DNA of 48,883 bases from a virus. A program made the translations under genes and the position numbers. Below, piece after piece: positions 48,207-48,883 of the stretch. The stretch is from positions 1 through 48,883 of IMG/VR virus record IMGVR_UViG_3300031616_000011; one strand, 5' to 3'. The notes below the pieces were generated by a model. It was given only the letters and a program-made list of their open reading frames with translations. It did no database searches and was not told where the DNA came from. Position 1 is the stretch's first letter, and each line of letters starts with the position of its first letter.

Positions 48207-48456
48207 CGGGCTCGACGTTGGTGTCCCACCCGGCCGCGAAGCCGCTGTCGATGTCGTAGCCCTCGACCGCGAACCCCTGCGGCGACTGGAGCAGGGTCTC
48301 TGTCATCGCCTGCCGCGGGCCGCCGGGTGCGGCGAGCCCGGTCGCGGCGTGGAACGCGCCGGACACGTCGCCCTGCGGCGCCTGGATGTCCGTGTTCTGC
48401 ACCGGTACCGCGCTGTACAGCTCGGGTGCGGACGCCGAATCGCTGGGCGTGATCAT
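48199..48456 (-). CDS. Small head-module protein, 85 aa (MITPxDS paralogue B)
   Basis: ATGA overlap at the start. The N-terminus MITPSDS .. DIQAPQGDVSGAF parallels the upstream paralogue. Confidence 0.55.
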   Translation of the reverse strand: MITPSDSASAPELYSAVPVQNTDIQAPQGDVSGAFHAATGLAAPGGPRQAMTETLLQSPQGFAVEGYDIDSGFAAGWDTNVEPGG

Positions 48457-48776
48457 GAGTCCTCCTCGAATGGATGGCCGGCTCCGTCGCCGCCGGTCAT
48501 CAGGCTGTGGTCGGACACGACGTCCGGCAGCGTGATCAGGTCGCCGATGCGGCCGCCCTGCCCGTACGTGTCGCTCTGCAACTCGTGGAACCGGGCCTCT
48601 GCGCTCGCCTGCGCGGCGGCGACACTGCCCGCCACCGGGTCCCGGCCGCCGGCGTCCGGGTCGGCGCCGGTGAAGATGCCCGCCGGCGCACCGGTCGCGG
48701 CCGGGGCCTGAATGTTCCAGGTCGACGCCGGTTCCTGGTCCGGGCGCGCCGGGTCGCTGTCCGCCGGTGTGATCAT
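48453..48776 (-). CDS. Small head-module protein, 107 aa (MITPxDS paralogue A)
   Basis: Its start lies in the terminal overlap (equivalent to position 20) and overlaps the stop of 17..214. N-terminus MITPADS .. NIQAPAATGAPAGIF. Confidence 0.55.
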   Translation of the reverse strand: MITPADSDPARPDQEPASTWNIQAPAATGAPAGIFTGADPDAGGRDPVAGSVAAAQASAEARFHELQSDTYGQGGRIGDLITLPDVVSDHSLMTGGDGAGHPFEEDS

Positions 48777-48883
48777 GCGGCAGTCCTCCGGCCCCTGGTC
48801 TTCTGTGGCTCGACGGGCTCCTCGCCGTAGTTCATCCGGGTGAAGAGTCCACCGCCTTCGGCCTGGTCGTGCTGGACGACCTC
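48757..48883. repeat. Terminal overlap, copy 2 (identical to 1..127)
   Basis: See the copy 1 entry. Confidence 0.9.

Overview
This window is a complete, circularly closed genome: the first 127 nt equal the last 127 nt, leaving 48,756 unique bp. It belongs to a high-GC, temperate, siphovirus-type actinobacteriophage or its episomal/prophage form. Almost every gene runs on the minus strand in one tightly coupled direction. The order is: cro-like regulator (26104); early genes (ParB-like HTH/zinc-ribbon protein, SsgA-like protein, Cys-rich peptide, Dcm methylase, HNH, WhiB, winged-HTH replication initiator with internal iterons); a Ro60/Rsr orthologue preceded by three tandem Y-RNA-like modules; HNH, a cos-like region, terS, terL, portal, protease and HK97-type capsid. 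Across the circular junction come a GT2 glycosyltransferase, the head-tail adaptor, an unusual five-gene insertion with an 893-aa repeat protein, neck proteins, tail tube, chaperones with a -1 frameshift, tape measure, a 1123-aa minor tail protein, a GH25 endolysin and membrane proteins. Four plus-strand islands exist: a cI-like repressor plus tyrosine integrase (26198..27467), a four-ORF coupled operon divergent from a GntR regulator (28624..29454), an excisionase-like operon (29779..30421), and one reverse-oriented membrane-protein gene wedged between the tape measure and minor tail genes (36761..37219). The strongest candidate for something new is the rsr locus, where three stem-closed RNA modules share one Ro-binding-type helix. 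One is a circularly permuted tRNA mimic (YrlA type), one keeps only a T arm, and one is minimal. All functional calls rest on motif and structure recognition by eye from the sequence and the ORF track. No database search was run. Many track ORFs were shortened at their Arg/Pro-rich N-termini to starts supported by Shine-Dalgarno motifs or by stop/start overlaps.
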